Notes under the pieces: generated by a model | What the model was told of the DNA's origin: nothing | The model's database searches: none | The model's input: the letters and a program-made list of their open reading frames with translations, nothing else | Source of the DNA: Candidatus Spongiisociaceae bacterium | Lineage (GTDB): Bacteria > Actinomycetota > Acidimicrobiia > Spongiisociales > Spongiisociaceae | Length of the DNA stretch: 64,000 bases | Assembly: GCA_965219685.1 (NCBI GenBank) | Contig: CBDCOH010000002.1 | Span: 1,120,001 to 1,184,000 of the forward strand | Reading direction: 5' to 3' | Position numbers and translations under genes: made by a program | Shown here: positions 27,022 to 37,123 of the stretch, in pieces | Layout: the number at the start of each line of letters is the position of its first letter | How positions within the stretch are numbered: the stretch's first letter is position 1

Positions 27022-28791
27022 ATGGTTCCTCTCGACACCCGTGATGGAGTGGTTGTGATCCCGCCGGCGGGCTCCTCGCGTGCGTTGAGGAAGGAACGGC
27101 GGAACCTGTGTTCCCGCTTACCGGCTGCGTGCTCTGCCGCGCTCGTTCTCCTGGTTTTGGCCGGCTGCGGGGACGACCGGGGGTACACACCACCGCTGAC
27201 CACCGTGACCTCCCCCACACATGTCGAGCCGGGCACCGAGTCCTCCCCGGAGTCCGGACCGACCACGGCCGGTTCCAGCACGGTGCCCGTCCCGTCGTCG
27301 GCGCCTGCCGAAACAACGGTCGCTACAACACGCGCCACCACGACTTCGTTGGTCGGTAGCACCTCGAGTTCGGTGCCGGTGGGTTCGACCACTACGCCAC
27401 CCCCGCCTTCGACCACTTCGCTACCTCCGCCTCCCACCACCGCCGAGCAGACAGATACGGGACTCCTGATCGAGGGAGTGTTCGTCTCGGTGATCGTTTC
27501 GGCAACCACCGAGGCAGGAGCGAGAGCCGCGCTCGCGGATCTCGAAGACAGATTCGGTAACGAGTTCGGCATCCTACGAAGCGATGAATTCAAGAGCCTC
27601 AATCCCGGCTACTGGGTGGTGTATGCCGGACCGTTCGCCACCGCAGCGGAGTCTCAGATCGCTTGCTGGTCCGCCTTGGACATGCGGACCGCCTCGCTCT
27701 GTTACGGCCGGCGTCTCTCCCAGGATCCCGACGACGTGGCGGTCGTCTACCCGCCTGCGTCTGCCGGTCGCGAGCCGGCGCCCACTGTTACATCGAGCAC
27801 CAACTCCACTCTCGCATCGAGCCCCGACAGGGTGTCGTCAGCGCAAGACGTGTACGAGATCGTTGCGCCATCGCTCGCCCACATAGTCAATGGGGATCGC
27901 ACGGGAGCGGGCAGCGGCATCTTGATCGACGGGGGCTACATCATCACCAACTACCACGTCGTCGAGCCATACAGCGTGGTCGCGAGGGTTGTGTTCCCGG
28001 ACGGAACCGAATTGTGGAACGTGCCGGTAGTGGGATGGGAACCTTGGGCAGACCTCGCGGTGCTGGGGCCGGTGAGCGTCCCGATCCCACCGCTGACTCT
28101 CCGGGACGGGGAGCGCATGGTCGCCGGGAGCGATCTGTTCCTGGTCGGCTACCCCGCCGAACCCGAGTTCTATCCGCAACCATCGATCACGCAGGGAGTC
28201 CTGTCCCGTTCCTACGAAGAATCGACTACAGGCCTGACGGTACTGCGTACCGACGCAGCAGCTATGGGTGGACAGAGCGGAGGAGCGATGGTCGATGCTC
28301 GGGGTCAGCTAGTCGGTGTGACAATGCGGGGTATCGCTCAGAGCGGAATTGGTGTCGTTTTCACCGAGGCGTATTCCGCGGTTGACTACCAGGAACTCGT
28401 CGACTGGATCATCCGAGCCGCGGGTCCTCGTCCGGATGGAGGTACCGGCACGCCGGGCGAACCGCGGACGCAGCCCGAATCTCCAGCGCTGTTGGAGGGC
28501 AGGTTCGTGTCCGTGGTGGTGTCGGCCACGTCCGCAGCGGCTGCCGAGGAGAGACGGGAGGAGCTGGAGCGCCGGTTCGGCGTGCGGTTCGGGATACTCG
28601 TGAGTACTGACTTCGCGAGTCTTAATCCGGGGTATTGGGTGGTCTATGCGGGACCGTTCGTTACCGCTGCGGAGGCTCAGGACGCTTGCTGGTCGGTGCT
28701 GGGGATGCGGACCGCCTCCCTCTGTTACGGCCGGCGCCTCTCACAGGATCTGGCTGATAGGGAGATCGTGTATCCACCAGCGCCTGGTTGA
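27022..28791 (+). CDS. Lipoprotein: trypsin-like (S1C/HtrA-type) protease flanked by two copies of a 96-aa SPOR-like domain; start uncertain (TTG 27085 possible)
   Basis: Lipobox LAGC, Thr/Pro linker, triad TNYHVV / ADLAVL / GQSGG; repeats 27472-27759 and 28495-28782. Confidence 0.82.
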   Translation: MVPLDTRDGVVVIPPAGSSRALRKERRNLCSRLPAACSAALVLLVLAGCGDDRGYTPPLTTVTSPTHVEPGTESSPESGPTTAGSSTVPVPSSAPAETTVATTRATTTSLVGSTSSSVPVGSTTTPPPPSTTSLPPPPTTAEQTDTGLLIEGVFVSVIVSATTEAGARAALADLEDRFGNEFGILRSDEFKSLNPGYWVVYAGPFATAAESQIACWSALDMRTASLCYGRRLSQDPDDVAVVYPPASAGREPAPTVTSSTNSTLASSPDRVSSAQDVYEIVAPSLAHIVNGDRTGAGSGILIDGGYIITNYHVVEPYSVVARVVFPDGTELWNVPVVGWEPWADLAVLGPVSVPIPPLTLRDGERMVAGSDLFLVGYPAEPEFYPQPSITQGVLSRSYEESTTGLTVLRTDAAAMGGQSGGAMVDARGQLVGVTMRGIAQSGIGVVFTEAYSAVDYQELVDWIIRAAGPRPDGGTGTPGEPRTQPESPALLEGRFVSVVVSATSAAAAEERREELERRFGVRFGILVSTDFASLNPGYWVVYAGPFVTAAEAQDACWSVLGMRTASLCYGRRLSQDLADREIVYPPAPG

Positions 28792-28875
28792 GTCGAGCCA
28801 GCGCTGCCGGAGCCTTCCGTGGGCGGCCCATCAGACATCGGATTCGGTGCACGTGGACCATGACGTCGGACCGGC

Positions 28876-30039
28876 TCACGGCTCCGGTGGGCGTCGGGTG
28901 CTCAGGTCGAGGCGGCGGCGGAGCCAGAGAGCTCCTCCAAGGGCCAGGGTGCCCAGGCCCGCCCACACCATCTCCAGGACTCGTCCGGATCGGCCACCAG
29001 GAGGATCGGTGTTCGGATCCACGGGACCGGGGGCTCGAGCAGCGGCTTCGGCAACGGGCTCGGTTGCGGGGACAGTCTTTGATGGAGTTGGCGGGTCATC
29101 GGGTTCTATCGGTGCAAACGACGGCTGGCTGGAGGGCGGGACCGTCGCGAGGGTGGTTCCTGCGGATACCTCGCTGGTCGTCACCGGAGTTCCCGTCGGC
29201 TGGGTCTGAACCGGTGCTGCGACTGTTGTCGTGGATGCCAGGGATGTGGTGGACGCAGTCGACGGCGGGCGGGAATCCGATCCGGTCGATGAGAGGGCCG
29301 TTACCTGCCGGGGAAAGCTGTTCTCCACGAGGTCGAATTCTCTGTCGCCCGGACACGTGGTCCGCGACATGGTCCTGTGGCCCGTGATGGTCGGGGTCAC
29401 CACCACCTTTCCCTCCGGATGGAGGTTCGAACCGCGGGAGACGAACTCGGCGGTTGACCCGGGGCTTGGGTCAATGCCGTATCCGACTGCCAGCCAGGTG
29501 AGGAGCGCGACCATGGCCGACTGAGCAGCCTTGGTGGGGGCGACATCCTGGTGATCGCCAATGAAACACGTCAGGAGAGCGAACCCCTGACTTCCGCCGG
29601 TGGCGTCACCCCGGACCGGTGACTCGAGGCTGCCATGCCGTCCCTCGAAGATCTTCCCGTGCCTGTCCACCAGGAAGTTGTAGGCGATGTCGGGCCAGCC
29701 TTTTTCGGTGGATGTGTGGTAGTGGTAGAAGGACCTGAGGTACCGGATCGATTGTTCGGGCGAGTAGTCGTTGGGAGAGGCGCTGTGATGTACGAGGAGG
29801 AACCGTACGTCGTCGACTGCTTCCGAATCCATCGGTCCTGTCGGTGGTAGGTCCGCTCCCCAGACGTCGCGGCGGAGGATGACGTGGCTCCCTCCGATGG
29901 GGAGACCGTCGGTCTGAGCGGCGGCCCGGATCGAGAGAGTTCTGGGCAGGAGTAGTCCGGCCGCCGTCCCCAGTCCACCCAACGCAAGGAACCCACGGCG
30001 CGTGAGTGGGGCTCCGGACTGCGGGTGATCCACTTCCAT
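28876..30039 (-). CDS. PGRP-like N-acetylmuramoyl-L-alanine amidase, Tat-exported with C-terminal TM anchor
   Basis: LTRRGFL Tat motif, VHHSA, KGWPDIAYNFLVD, GHR...TCPG zinc ligands; GGAAGG RBS before ATG 30039. Confidence 0.88.
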   Translation of the reverse strand: MEVDHPQSGAPLTRRGFLALGGLGTAAGLLLPRTLSIRAAAQTDGLPIGGSHVILRRDVWGADLPPTGPMDSEAVDDVRFLLVHHSASPNDYSPEQSIRYLRSFYHYHTSTEKGWPDIAYNFLVDRHGKIFEGRHGSLESPVRGDATGGSQGFALLTCFIGDHQDVAPTKAAQSAMVALLTWLAVGYGIDPSPGSTAEFVSRGSNLHPEGKVVVTPTITGHRTMSRTTCPGDREFDLVENSFPRQVTALSSTGSDSRPPSTASTTSLASTTTVAAPVQTQPTGTPVTTSEVSAGTTLATVPPSSQPSFAPIEPDDPPTPSKTVPATEPVAEAAARAPGPVDPNTDPPGGRSGRVLEMVWAGLGTLALGGALWLRRRLDLSTRRPPEP

Positions 30040-30115
30040 CGATCTCACCTTCCTACTGTGCGTGGACCGGGAGCTCGCACCGGCAGCCACGTAACACCAG
30101 CAGGCCGGTTATCCG

Positions 30116-32344
30116 TCAGCGAGAACTGAGTGCCACGTGCTCGGGCCTGACCGGGGTGCGGCCTAATTCGAGGCCGGTGGCCTCGCGGATGGCAGCCACT
30201 ACCGCTGCCGTGGAGGATACGGTGGGTGGTTCTCCGACGCCTTTGGCGCCGAACGGGCCGAAGGAGCTGGGTTCCTCGATCACCTCTATGTCGATGGGCG
30301 GGGCGTCCAGGAAGGTGGGCAGCAGGTAGTCGGTGAAGGTGGGGTTCTTGATCACCCCGTCCTCGACGACGACCTCCTCGAGGGTGGCGAGACCGATCCC
30401 CTGCATGGTCCCGCCCTCTATCTGGCCGACCACCGAGCGGGGGTTGATCATGAAGCCGACATCCTGGACCGTGTCGACCTGCACCACCCGGAACAGTCCC
30501 AACTCCTGGTCCACATCGACGACAGCCCGGTGGGCGGCGAAGGCGAAGTCCACGTGGAGGTCGCCCTGGCCTCTCTCGTCCGGCTCCTCGGTCTGCGGGT
30601 GGTGGAACCGGGTGTGGTACTCGATGTTCTCCCGGCCGACCAGGTCCCGCATCGGGGTCACCAGGACGCCGTCCTTCCAGACCCCCTCCCCGTCCAACCG
30701 GTCGCCGCCGCCTCTCTGCAGCGCGATCTCGCGCGCCATCCGGGCAGCCTCCATGACCGCTCCCCCGGTCATCTGCGTCTGGCGGGACGCCGAAGTGGAA
30801 CCGGCCGACCCGATCTTGGACGTGTCGTCGTAGTAGACGACCACATCCTCGATCCCCAGGACGGTCCGGGCGATCTGGGCGCACGCCATTCCGAGTCCCT
30901 GGCCCACCTCGACCGCGGCGGTGTGCACCTCCACGCCGAACGGCGTGATGACCACCCGGGCCTCCGAGTAGTCGTCGAAGCCGGCGGAGAAGCACAGGTT
31001 CTTGATACCGACGGCGTAGCCGACCCCGCGTCTCACCACCGGTCGGGAGGTGGTGAGGCCGGTGCCGCCCGGGAGGAGGCGCGGGTCGTCGCTATGGTTC
31101 TGCGGCGGCAGGGGCACCCGGCGCAGCCGCTCGAGGATCTCCACCACCGGCGCCGATGTGTCGATCACCTGGCCGGACGTGGCGAGCGGGTCCCCCCGGC
31201 GCAACGCGTTACTGATCCGGAGTTCCACGCGGTCCATTCCCAGGGCGTCGGCCAGCTTGTCCATCTGCGCCTCGTGGCCGAAGCAGGCCTGCACCGCTCC
31301 GAAACCGCGCATCGCCCCGCACGGGGGGTTGTTGGTCTTGACGGCAACTCCGTCGACGGCCACCGAGTCGCAGCGGTACGGTCCGGCGGCGTGATAGACG
31401 GCGTTGCCGATCACAGAGTTGCTCGTGGACTGGAAGGCGCCCCCGTCGATGATGATCCTCGCCTCGATACGGCGCAGCGTTCCGTCCGGGTCCGCCTCGT
31501 GGCGCATCCACAACTGCGCCGGGTGGCGGTGGACATGGCCGACGAAGCTCTCGGCCCGGCTGTAGACCATCTTCACGGGCCTCCCCGTGTACAGGGCCAG
31601 CAGGCAGAGATGGATCTGGAGGCTCACGTCTTCCCTGGCGCCGAAGGCCCCTCCCACACCGGCGTGATGGACCCGCACCGCGTCGTCGGCCACTCCTAGG
31701 CCCGCCACGATCTGCTCGTGGTCGACGTGCGTCCACTGGGTGGCGATGTGCAGGTCGACCCCGCCCCGGTCGTCGGGGATGGCCAGGCCCGACTCGGTTC
31801 CGAGTGGCGCCTGATCCTGCATCCCGACCTCGTAGTAGCCCTCCACGACTACCGAACCCCCGGCGTCCTGGGGGCCTCTCCGGCAACTGATCCGATGGAA
31901 CACGGAGTCGACGGCGTCGGCCTCCTCGGGATCGGTCAGCGGTGCCAACACGTCGTAGTCGATGTCGATTGCCTCCACCGCGAGGCGGGCCGTCTCGGGA
32001 TCGTCGGCCGCCACGAGGGCGATGGGTTGACCCCAGTACTCCACAGCCTGCGAGCCGAGGATGGGCTGGTCTGCGTCCTCGAGTCCGAAGGTCTTGCGGC
32101 CCGGAACATCATCTCCGGTGAGAACGGCGTGCACGCCCGTCATGGCCACGGCGGGACCGATGTCCAGCTTGGTGATGATTGCCTTGGGGTGGGGGCTCCG
32201 CAGCGTCGCCCCCCAGAGCATCCTGTCCATGTAGAGATCGGACGAGTAGGTGTAGGTGCCGTCCACCTTCGGGATCCCGTCGGTCCGGTGGGTCGACTCG
32301 CCGACGCCACCCCGAACGGTGGGGGTCCTCACGCGGGTGGTCAT
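30116..32344 (-). CDS. Xanthine dehydrogenase-family molybdopterin-binding subunit (PucD-like)
   Basis: DGIPKV.G...Y, LRSPH, GGAFGARED, GAMRGFG, GSTSASRQ, GAKGVGEPP; ATG 32344 overlaps upstream stop. Confidence 0.92.
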   Translation of the reverse strand: MTTRVRTPTVRGGVGESTHRTDGIPKVDGTYTYSSDLYMDRMLWGATLRSPHPKAIITKLDIGPAVAMTGVHAVLTGDDVPGRKTFGLEDADQPILGSQAVEYWGQPIALVAADDPETARLAVEAIDIDYDVLAPLTDPEEADAVDSVFHRISCRRGPQDAGGSVVVEGYYEVGMQDQAPLGTESGLAIPDDRGGVDLHIATQWTHVDHEQIVAGLGVADDAVRVHHAGVGGAFGAREDVSLQIHLCLLALYTGRPVKMVYSRAESFVGHVHRHPAQLWMRHEADPDGTLRRIEARIIIDGGAFQSTSNSVIGNAVYHAAGPYRCDSVAVDGVAVKTNNPPCGAMRGFGAVQACFGHEAQMDKLADALGMDRVELRISNALRRGDPLATSGQVIDTSAPVVEILERLRRVPLPPQNHSDDPRLLPGGTGLTTSRPVVRRGVGYAVGIKNLCFSAGFDDYSEARVVITPFGVEVHTAAVEVGQGLGMACAQIARTVLGIEDVVVYYDDTSKIGSAGSTSASRQTQMTGGAVMEAARMAREIALQRGGGDRLDGEGVWKDGVLVTPMRDLVGRENIEYHTRFHHPQTEEPDERGQGDLHVDFAFAAHRAVVDVDQELGLFRVVQVDTVQDVGFMINPRSVVGQIEGGTMQGIGLATLEEVVVEDGVIKNPTFTDYLLPTFLDAPPIDIEVIEEPSSFGPFGAKGVGEPPTVSSTAAVVAAIREATGLELGRTPVRPEHVALSSR

Positions 32345-32808
32345 CGGCTCTTCACCAGAGTCTCGAGGCCGCGGAGGATGGCCCCGTACCCGGTGCAGCG
32401 GCAGATGTTCCCTGCCAGCGCCTCCCGTATCTCGTCCGACGAGGGAGCCGGGTTCTCGTCGAGGAGGGCGGCAGCGGCGACCACGAACCCGGGGGTGCAG
32501 AATCCGCACTGGACCGCACCCGAGTCAACCAGTGCCTTCTGAACCGGATGGAGTTCCGGTCCGCCCAGCCCTTCGACCGTCACGATCTCCGATCCCTCGA
32601 CGTCCACTGCCATAACGAGGCAGGCGCACACGAGGGCGCCGTCGAGGATAACCGAGCACGACCCGCACTCCCCTTGCTCGCACGCGCCCTTCGACCCGGG
32701 AAGGCCGAGTTGTTCCCTCAGCACGAACAGGAGGCTCTCCGGCCCCTTGACGTCGCACACCCGCGGTTCCCCGTTGATCGTGGCTCGTACCCTCACGATG
32801 TCAGGCAC
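32341..32808 (-). CDS. Xanthine dehydrogenase-family 2Fe-2S subunit (PucE-like)
   Basis: CEQGECGSC, QCGFCTPG, GNICRCTGY. Confidence 0.93.
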   Translation of the reverse strand: MPDIVRVRATINGEPRVCDVKGPESLLFVLREQLGLPGSKGACEQGECGSCSVILDGALVCACLVMAVDVEGSEIVTVEGLGGPELHPVQKALVDSGAVQCGFCTPGFVVAAAALLDENPAPSSDEIREALAGNICRCTGYGAILRGLETLVKSR

Positions 32809-33596
32809 CTTTCGAGGAGGCGCCGCGCCAGCACGCCCGAGGCGTGGCGGCGGTAGTCCTCCGTACCCCGGTGGTCTGTTATCGGGCGCACCTCTTTGGA
32901 CACCAGGCGGGCGAAGTGGTCGAGGGCAGCCGGTCCGGGACGTCTCTCCGAGGAGATCATCCGCTCGGCGCGCCTGGCCCTGATCGGGGTCGGCCCGACG
33001 GAACCGAGAGCCACCCGTGTGCGACCGTCGTGCCAGCGGAACACGCAGGCGGACACCATCGAGATGACCATCGCGCTGCGCTGCCCTATCTTGGCGAACT
33101 CCTGGCGGTCCGGTAGATCGTCAGGCAGCAGGACCGCGGTGATCAGTTCGTCCGGCCGCCTCGAGGTGCGTTTGACGCCTGTGAAGAACCTGTCCCAGCG
33201 CACCGTCCGGGTACCGGCGACGGAGTGGAGTTCGATCTCCGCGTCGAGCCCGGCCAGGAACGGCAAGGCGTCTCCTGCGGGGCTGGCCGTGCCGACGTTC
33301 CCGCCGATGGTTCCCGCCGCCCGTATCTGAGGCGAGCCGATCGTGCGGGCCAGTTGCGCCAAGGCGTTGTGATCGCCCGATTCGAGCCGCCTGAAGGTGA
33401 CGCCCGCTCCGATCCGCGTGCGCGAGACCTCCTGTAACTCCCTGACCCGGCGTAGCGTGATCACTGACTGCGGGCGCAGCGTGCCGAAGTTGACCTCCAC
33501 CATGAGGTCGGTGCCTCCGGCGAGCGGGACAGCATCGGGGTTGGCAGCCAGGGCTTGGGTGGCGTCCTGGATGCCGACTGGGTGAACTACCTCCAC
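32793..33596 (-). CDS. Xanthine dehydrogenase-family FAD-binding subunit (PucC-like)
   Basis: LAGGTDLMV, GSPQIR..GTIGGN..ASPAGD, PITDHRGTEDYR. Confidence 0.93.
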   Translation of the reverse strand: MEVVHPVGIQDATQALAANPDAVPLAGGTDLMVEVNFGTLRPQSVITLRRVRELQEVSRTRIGAGVTFRRLESGDHNALAQLARTIGSPQIRAAGTIGGNVGTASPAGDALPFLAGLDAEIELHSVAGTRTVRWDRFFTGVKRTSRRPDELITAVLLPDDLPDRQEFAKIGQRSAMVISMVSACVFRWHDGRTRVALGSVGPTPIRARRAERMISSERRPGPAALDHFARLVSKEVRPITDHRGTEDYRRHASGVLARRLLERCLTS

Positions 33597-33766
33597 TTAT
33601 CGCTACTCCGCATCGAGTTTTCTTTGGTCCGTCGGATAGCAGAGGTTAGTCCATCTTCGACTCACCGCTGTTTAACGGGGATACCGGCCTCCCTTGCAAC
33701 GTCCGCCGGGAAACGTGTATCTGCCCGTATTTCCGATGGTTGGCTCGGCTATCTACGCTGCTCGCC

Positions 33767-34693
33767 GTGAAGCGTATCCTGCTGTGTGCCAACCCTGCGG
33801 CTTCGGGTTTCACCGGGGGGCTCCATCGCGCGGTCGTCTCCCGCCTTCGGCGGACCTTCGATGTCGAGGCGGAGTGGCCGAGGAGCGCTTCCGACACCCG
33901 GGCGGTGAGTGCGGCTGCCCAGGCCGAGGGGTTCGATCTCGTGGTCGCGATGGGAGGCGACGGGATGGTCCACCACGTGGCCAACGGGATTGGCGGCACC
34001 GGTCCTCCCCTGGGCATCGTCCCCGTGGGTACGACCAACGTACTGGCGAGATTGCTCGGCATCCCTTCGAGGGCCACCAAGGCCGCGGATCTCATCTGCA
34101 GCCGTCCCCCGCCCCGGCCGGCCCCTGCCGCGATGCTGGCCATGGACCACGGAAGCGGGCGTCTGGAAACCCGGCTCGCAACCTTCGCGTGCGGCGCCGG
34201 GTTCGACGCCGCAGTCGTGCAGCGGGCGGAGCAGGAACCCTATCGCAAGTACCGGCTCGGCGGCCTTCACTTCGCGCGGTCCGCCGCTGCATTGGCATGG
34301 AGTGACTTCGCAGGCCGCCCGGCCGGGCTGGTGGTGAGGTCCGGGGACCGGAAGGTGTCCGCCGCGGCGGTTTTCGTCCGCCTCTACGACCGGTACACGT
34401 ATTTCGGACGTGTACCGGTGCGTTTCGGGGCCCGCGTCCCGGACACGTTGGGCGTGCTGGTGGCTCGGTCCATGAGCCGCCGGCGGATCCCCGCAGTGCT
34501 CTTGCGGGCCATGGCTGGGCGCGACATCGGGAAGGTCGACGGATTCGAGGCATGGAGCGGAGTGTCGGCGTTGGAGGTAAGTGCGTATTCCACCGGGTTT
34601 CCGGCCCAGGCGGACGGTGAGTTGCTCGGGTCGGGCCGGAGCCTCTCGGTCTCGATCCAGCCCGACCACCTGCGTGTTCTCATGCCCGTCTGA
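33767..34693 (+). CDS. Diacylglycerol/lipid kinase family protein
   Basis: ANPAASG, AMGGDG, PVGTTNVLAR, GAGFDA, QADGE; TACGCT seven nt before GTG 33767. Confidence 0.87.
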   Translation: MKRILLCANPAASGFTGGLHRAVVSRLRRTFDVEAEWPRSASDTRAVSAAAQAEGFDLVVAMGGDGMVHHVANGIGGTGPPLGIVPVGTTNVLARLLGIPSRATKAADLICSRPPPRPAPAAMLAMDHGSGRLETRLATFACGAGFDAAVVQRAEQEPYRKYRLGGLHFARSAAALAWSDFAGRPAGLVVRSGDRKVSAAAVFVRLYDRYTYFGRVPVRFGARVPDTLGVLVARSMSRRRIPAVLLRAMAGRDIGKVDGFEAWSGVSALEVSAYSTGFPAQADGELLGSGRSLSVSIQPDHLRVLMPV

Positions 34694-34782
34694 AACGTCC
34701 GTTCTCCTCCTATGAGATCGTCGGAGGTGCGCGGTTAGTTGTTGCCCGGCACTAGTATCGCGCTCGGTGGCGCCTCGTTCAC

Positions 34783-36657
34783 ATGTCTGAGAAGTCGTTT
34801 CGGGTAGGTCTTTCCGCGCTTGGGCTCGTAGCCGTTGCAGTGGCGGTCCTCCTGCTGGTGAGGGGATCCGACCGCGACGTGTCGGGGCCTGCAACCAGCG
34901 ATCCGGCCGCCACCGGCGAGCAGTCGGCCGGTCATCAATCCGCCCTGGGCGCATTGATGGACCTGGAGTTCCGCCTGGCCAACCAGCCGATCTGGATCGA
35001 CGTAGCGGGAACCCGCTTCAACCTGGTCCCTGCATCGATCGGCTTCGACCTCGATGAGCAGTCCGTGGCGCAGAGCGCGCTCGCTGCCCACTCACCCGAG
35101 GATGTGATCGAGATTGCCTCGTCATGGGACGAGCACGACGACACGCCTGCAGACCTGGCGCTGGTCGGGACTATCGACGAGGAGGCTCTGTCCAGGGTGC
35201 TGGACCGTTACGACGCGGCCCTCGACGGTCCGTTCGAAGGGGGGATCGTCATGGAGGGCACGACCCCGATCCCCGTCTATCCCCGCCCGGGACTGGTGAT
35301 CGATCGGAGCACCGCGGCGCAACTGATCCTGGCGGAGTTGCTGCAACGTCCGATGCCCGAAGTGGTCGCGCTCGACACCCTGCAACAGCTACCGATCCTG
35401 TCCGCCGAGGCTGTCGACACCGCTCTCCACGAGGCGCTCCAACTCGTGGGGGCCCCGATCATCCTGAGCCGCAGCGATCCGGATGCGACCCTCTACCTGG
35501 ACGAGGGGCGACTGGCCAGAGCCCTGCTCACCCGGGCGGAACGGGATCCGAGCCCCCACATCGTGGTCACGTTCGACCCGGTGGTGTTCGACGAGTACCT
35601 CCATCCCCTCAGGGCGGGGTTCGAGGCGCCGCCCGTCGACGCCCGGATCGTCATCGACACGGATGACAACGTGACCATCCTCCCGGGCTTCCCCGGCGCC
35701 CGGATCGATACCGATCTGGTGGTCGAGGCGGCGATGGACGCGGCCCGCCGGGCGTCCAGGACCAACGTGCTGCCGCTTGACACCGGTGTGCAGCCCACCA
35801 TCAGATCCCAGGACCTCCTCCGGGTGAAGGAGAAGATCAGCGAGTTCACGACCCACCACCCCTGCTGCCAGCCGCGGGTCGGCAACATCCAGCGGTTTGC
35901 GGCCGAGATGGATGGGAGGATGCTGCTACCGGGAGAGGTGATGTCCCTCAACGATACGGTGGGCAAACGAACCAGGGAGAGGGGATACGTACCGGCGCCC
36001 ACGATTATCAAGGGTGAGATCACCGATACGGTGGGCGGAGGGGTGAGCCAGTTCGCGACCACCTTCTACAACGCGGTGTTCTGGGCCGGGTTGGAGATCC
36101 TGGAGCACCAGCCCCACAGCTACTACTTCTCGCGCTACCCGGAGGGAATCGAGGCCACTATCAGTTGGAGAGAGCCCGATCTGGTGTTCCGCAACGACAC
36201 GGACACGCCGGTGGTGATCAAGACCTCCTCCACGGGCACGTCGATCACTGTCAAGTTGTTCGGCGACAACTCCGACCGGGAAGTGAGTGCCTCGGTGTCC
36301 GGCCGGTACGACTGGACCGAGTTCCCCACCGAGTACGTGCCGAACCCCGAGATGATGCCGTGGGACGAGGAGGCTGAGGTCCAGGAGGGTGCCAACGGGT
36401 GGTCGGTCACGGTCACCCGGCAACTGGACTTCACGGACGGGTCCTCCACCAGCCAGAAGTGGACCGTGCGCTACCGGCCGTGGCCGCGCCAGTTCGAGGT
36501 GCATCCGTGCCTGCTTTCCGAGGAGCACGAGGAGTACACCGGCGAGGAGTGCCCCGTCAACCCGGACGGCCCGTCCGAACCGGGCACGGAGCAGCAGGAC
36601 GGAACCAACGTACCCACCGACGACCCGCCGGACTCAGGCGACGGCGACGACTCGTGA
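34783..36657 (+). CDS. VanW-family protein with peptidoglycan-binding (PG_binding_4-like) region
   Basis: N-terminal TM; SLNDTVGKRT..RGY..AP, GGGVSQFATTFYNA, HSYYFSRYPEG.EAT, DLVFRNDT. Confidence 0.9.
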   Translation: MSEKSFRVGLSALGLVAVAVAVLLLVRGSDRDVSGPATSDPAATGEQSAGHQSALGALMDLEFRLANQPIWIDVAGTRFNLVPASIGFDLDEQSVAQSALAAHSPEDVIEIASSWDEHDDTPADLALVGTIDEEALSRVLDRYDAALDGPFEGGIVMEGTTPIPVYPRPGLVIDRSTAAQLILAELLQRPMPEVVALDTLQQLPILSAEAVDTALHEALQLVGAPIILSRSDPDATLYLDEGRLARALLTRAERDPSPHIVVTFDPVVFDEYLHPLRAGFEAPPVDARIVIDTDDNVTILPGFPGARIDTDLVVEAAMDAARRASRTNVLPLDTGVQPTIRSQDLLRVKEKISEFTTHHPCCQPRVGNIQRFAAEMDGRMLLPGEVMSLNDTVGKRTRERGYVPAPTIIKGEITDTVGGGVSQFATTFYNAVFWAGLEILEHQPHSYYFSRYPEGIEATISWREPDLVFRNDTDTPVVIKTSSTGTSITVKLFGDNSDREVSASVSGRYDWTEFPTEYVPNPEMMPWDEEAEVQEGANGWSVTVTRQLDFTDGSSTSQKWTVRYRPWPRQFEVHPCLLSEEHEEYTGEECPVNPDGPSEPGTEQQDGTNVPTDDPPDSGDGDDS

Positions 36658-36681
36658 GCCGGATCCCGGCGTCAGTAACCG

Positions 36682-36987
36682 TTACTGCCGGTTGCTCGCG
36701 TAGTACACCAGGGAGTTGCGGATGATCCCGGCCGCGGCTTTCGCCCGGTCCTCGCTCCAGCCACCCGAACTCCTGACGGAAACGGTGTTCGAAAACACGT
36801 ACACCGACACTATCGAGGGGAACTCGGAGAAGAGCGCGCTCGCCACCAGGCCGGGGAAGGTACCCGAGGCGTCGGCGGCTGCGGCGCTGGCGTAGGTCTC
36901 GCCTTCCTGGCCGGAGAAGCTCCGGTCGGTGTCGAACACGGCTACGTCGCCCAGCACGACGCTGTCCACTTCGATCAACTGGCCCAC
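36682..36987 (-). CDS. Small conserved protein, NifU N-terminal-like
   Basis: FDTDRSFSGQ..E.Y, VSVYVFSNTVSV...GW; GAAAGGA RBS before GTG. Confidence 0.6.
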   Translation of the reverse strand: MGQLIEVDSVVLGDVAVFDTDRSFSGQEGETYASAAAADASGTFPGLVASALFSEFPSIVSVYVFSNTVSVRSSGGWSEDRAKAAAGIIRNSLVYYASNRQ

Positions 36988-37123
36988 ATTCGTCCTTTCA
37001 CGACCGGCCGGGTCTCCCGGGAACCTCTGAAGTGCCCGCCGCCGGCGCGGGCCACTCTAGTCAATGTCCGGCAGACCCGACTTGCGTCTGCGCCCATGCG
37101 CGCCAGGGGAGGCGCCGCGGGGA

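Noticed and set aside
33597-33766. Possible Moco or purine riboswitch upstream of the xanthine dehydrogenase genes
   Set aside because: No recognisable aptamer consensus by eye; an Rfam cmscan would be needed.
37070-37100. ATGGGCGCAG... after pyk resembles the start of the NifU-N-like gene
   Set aside because: Not coupled to the pyk stop and needs two indels; could be chance.
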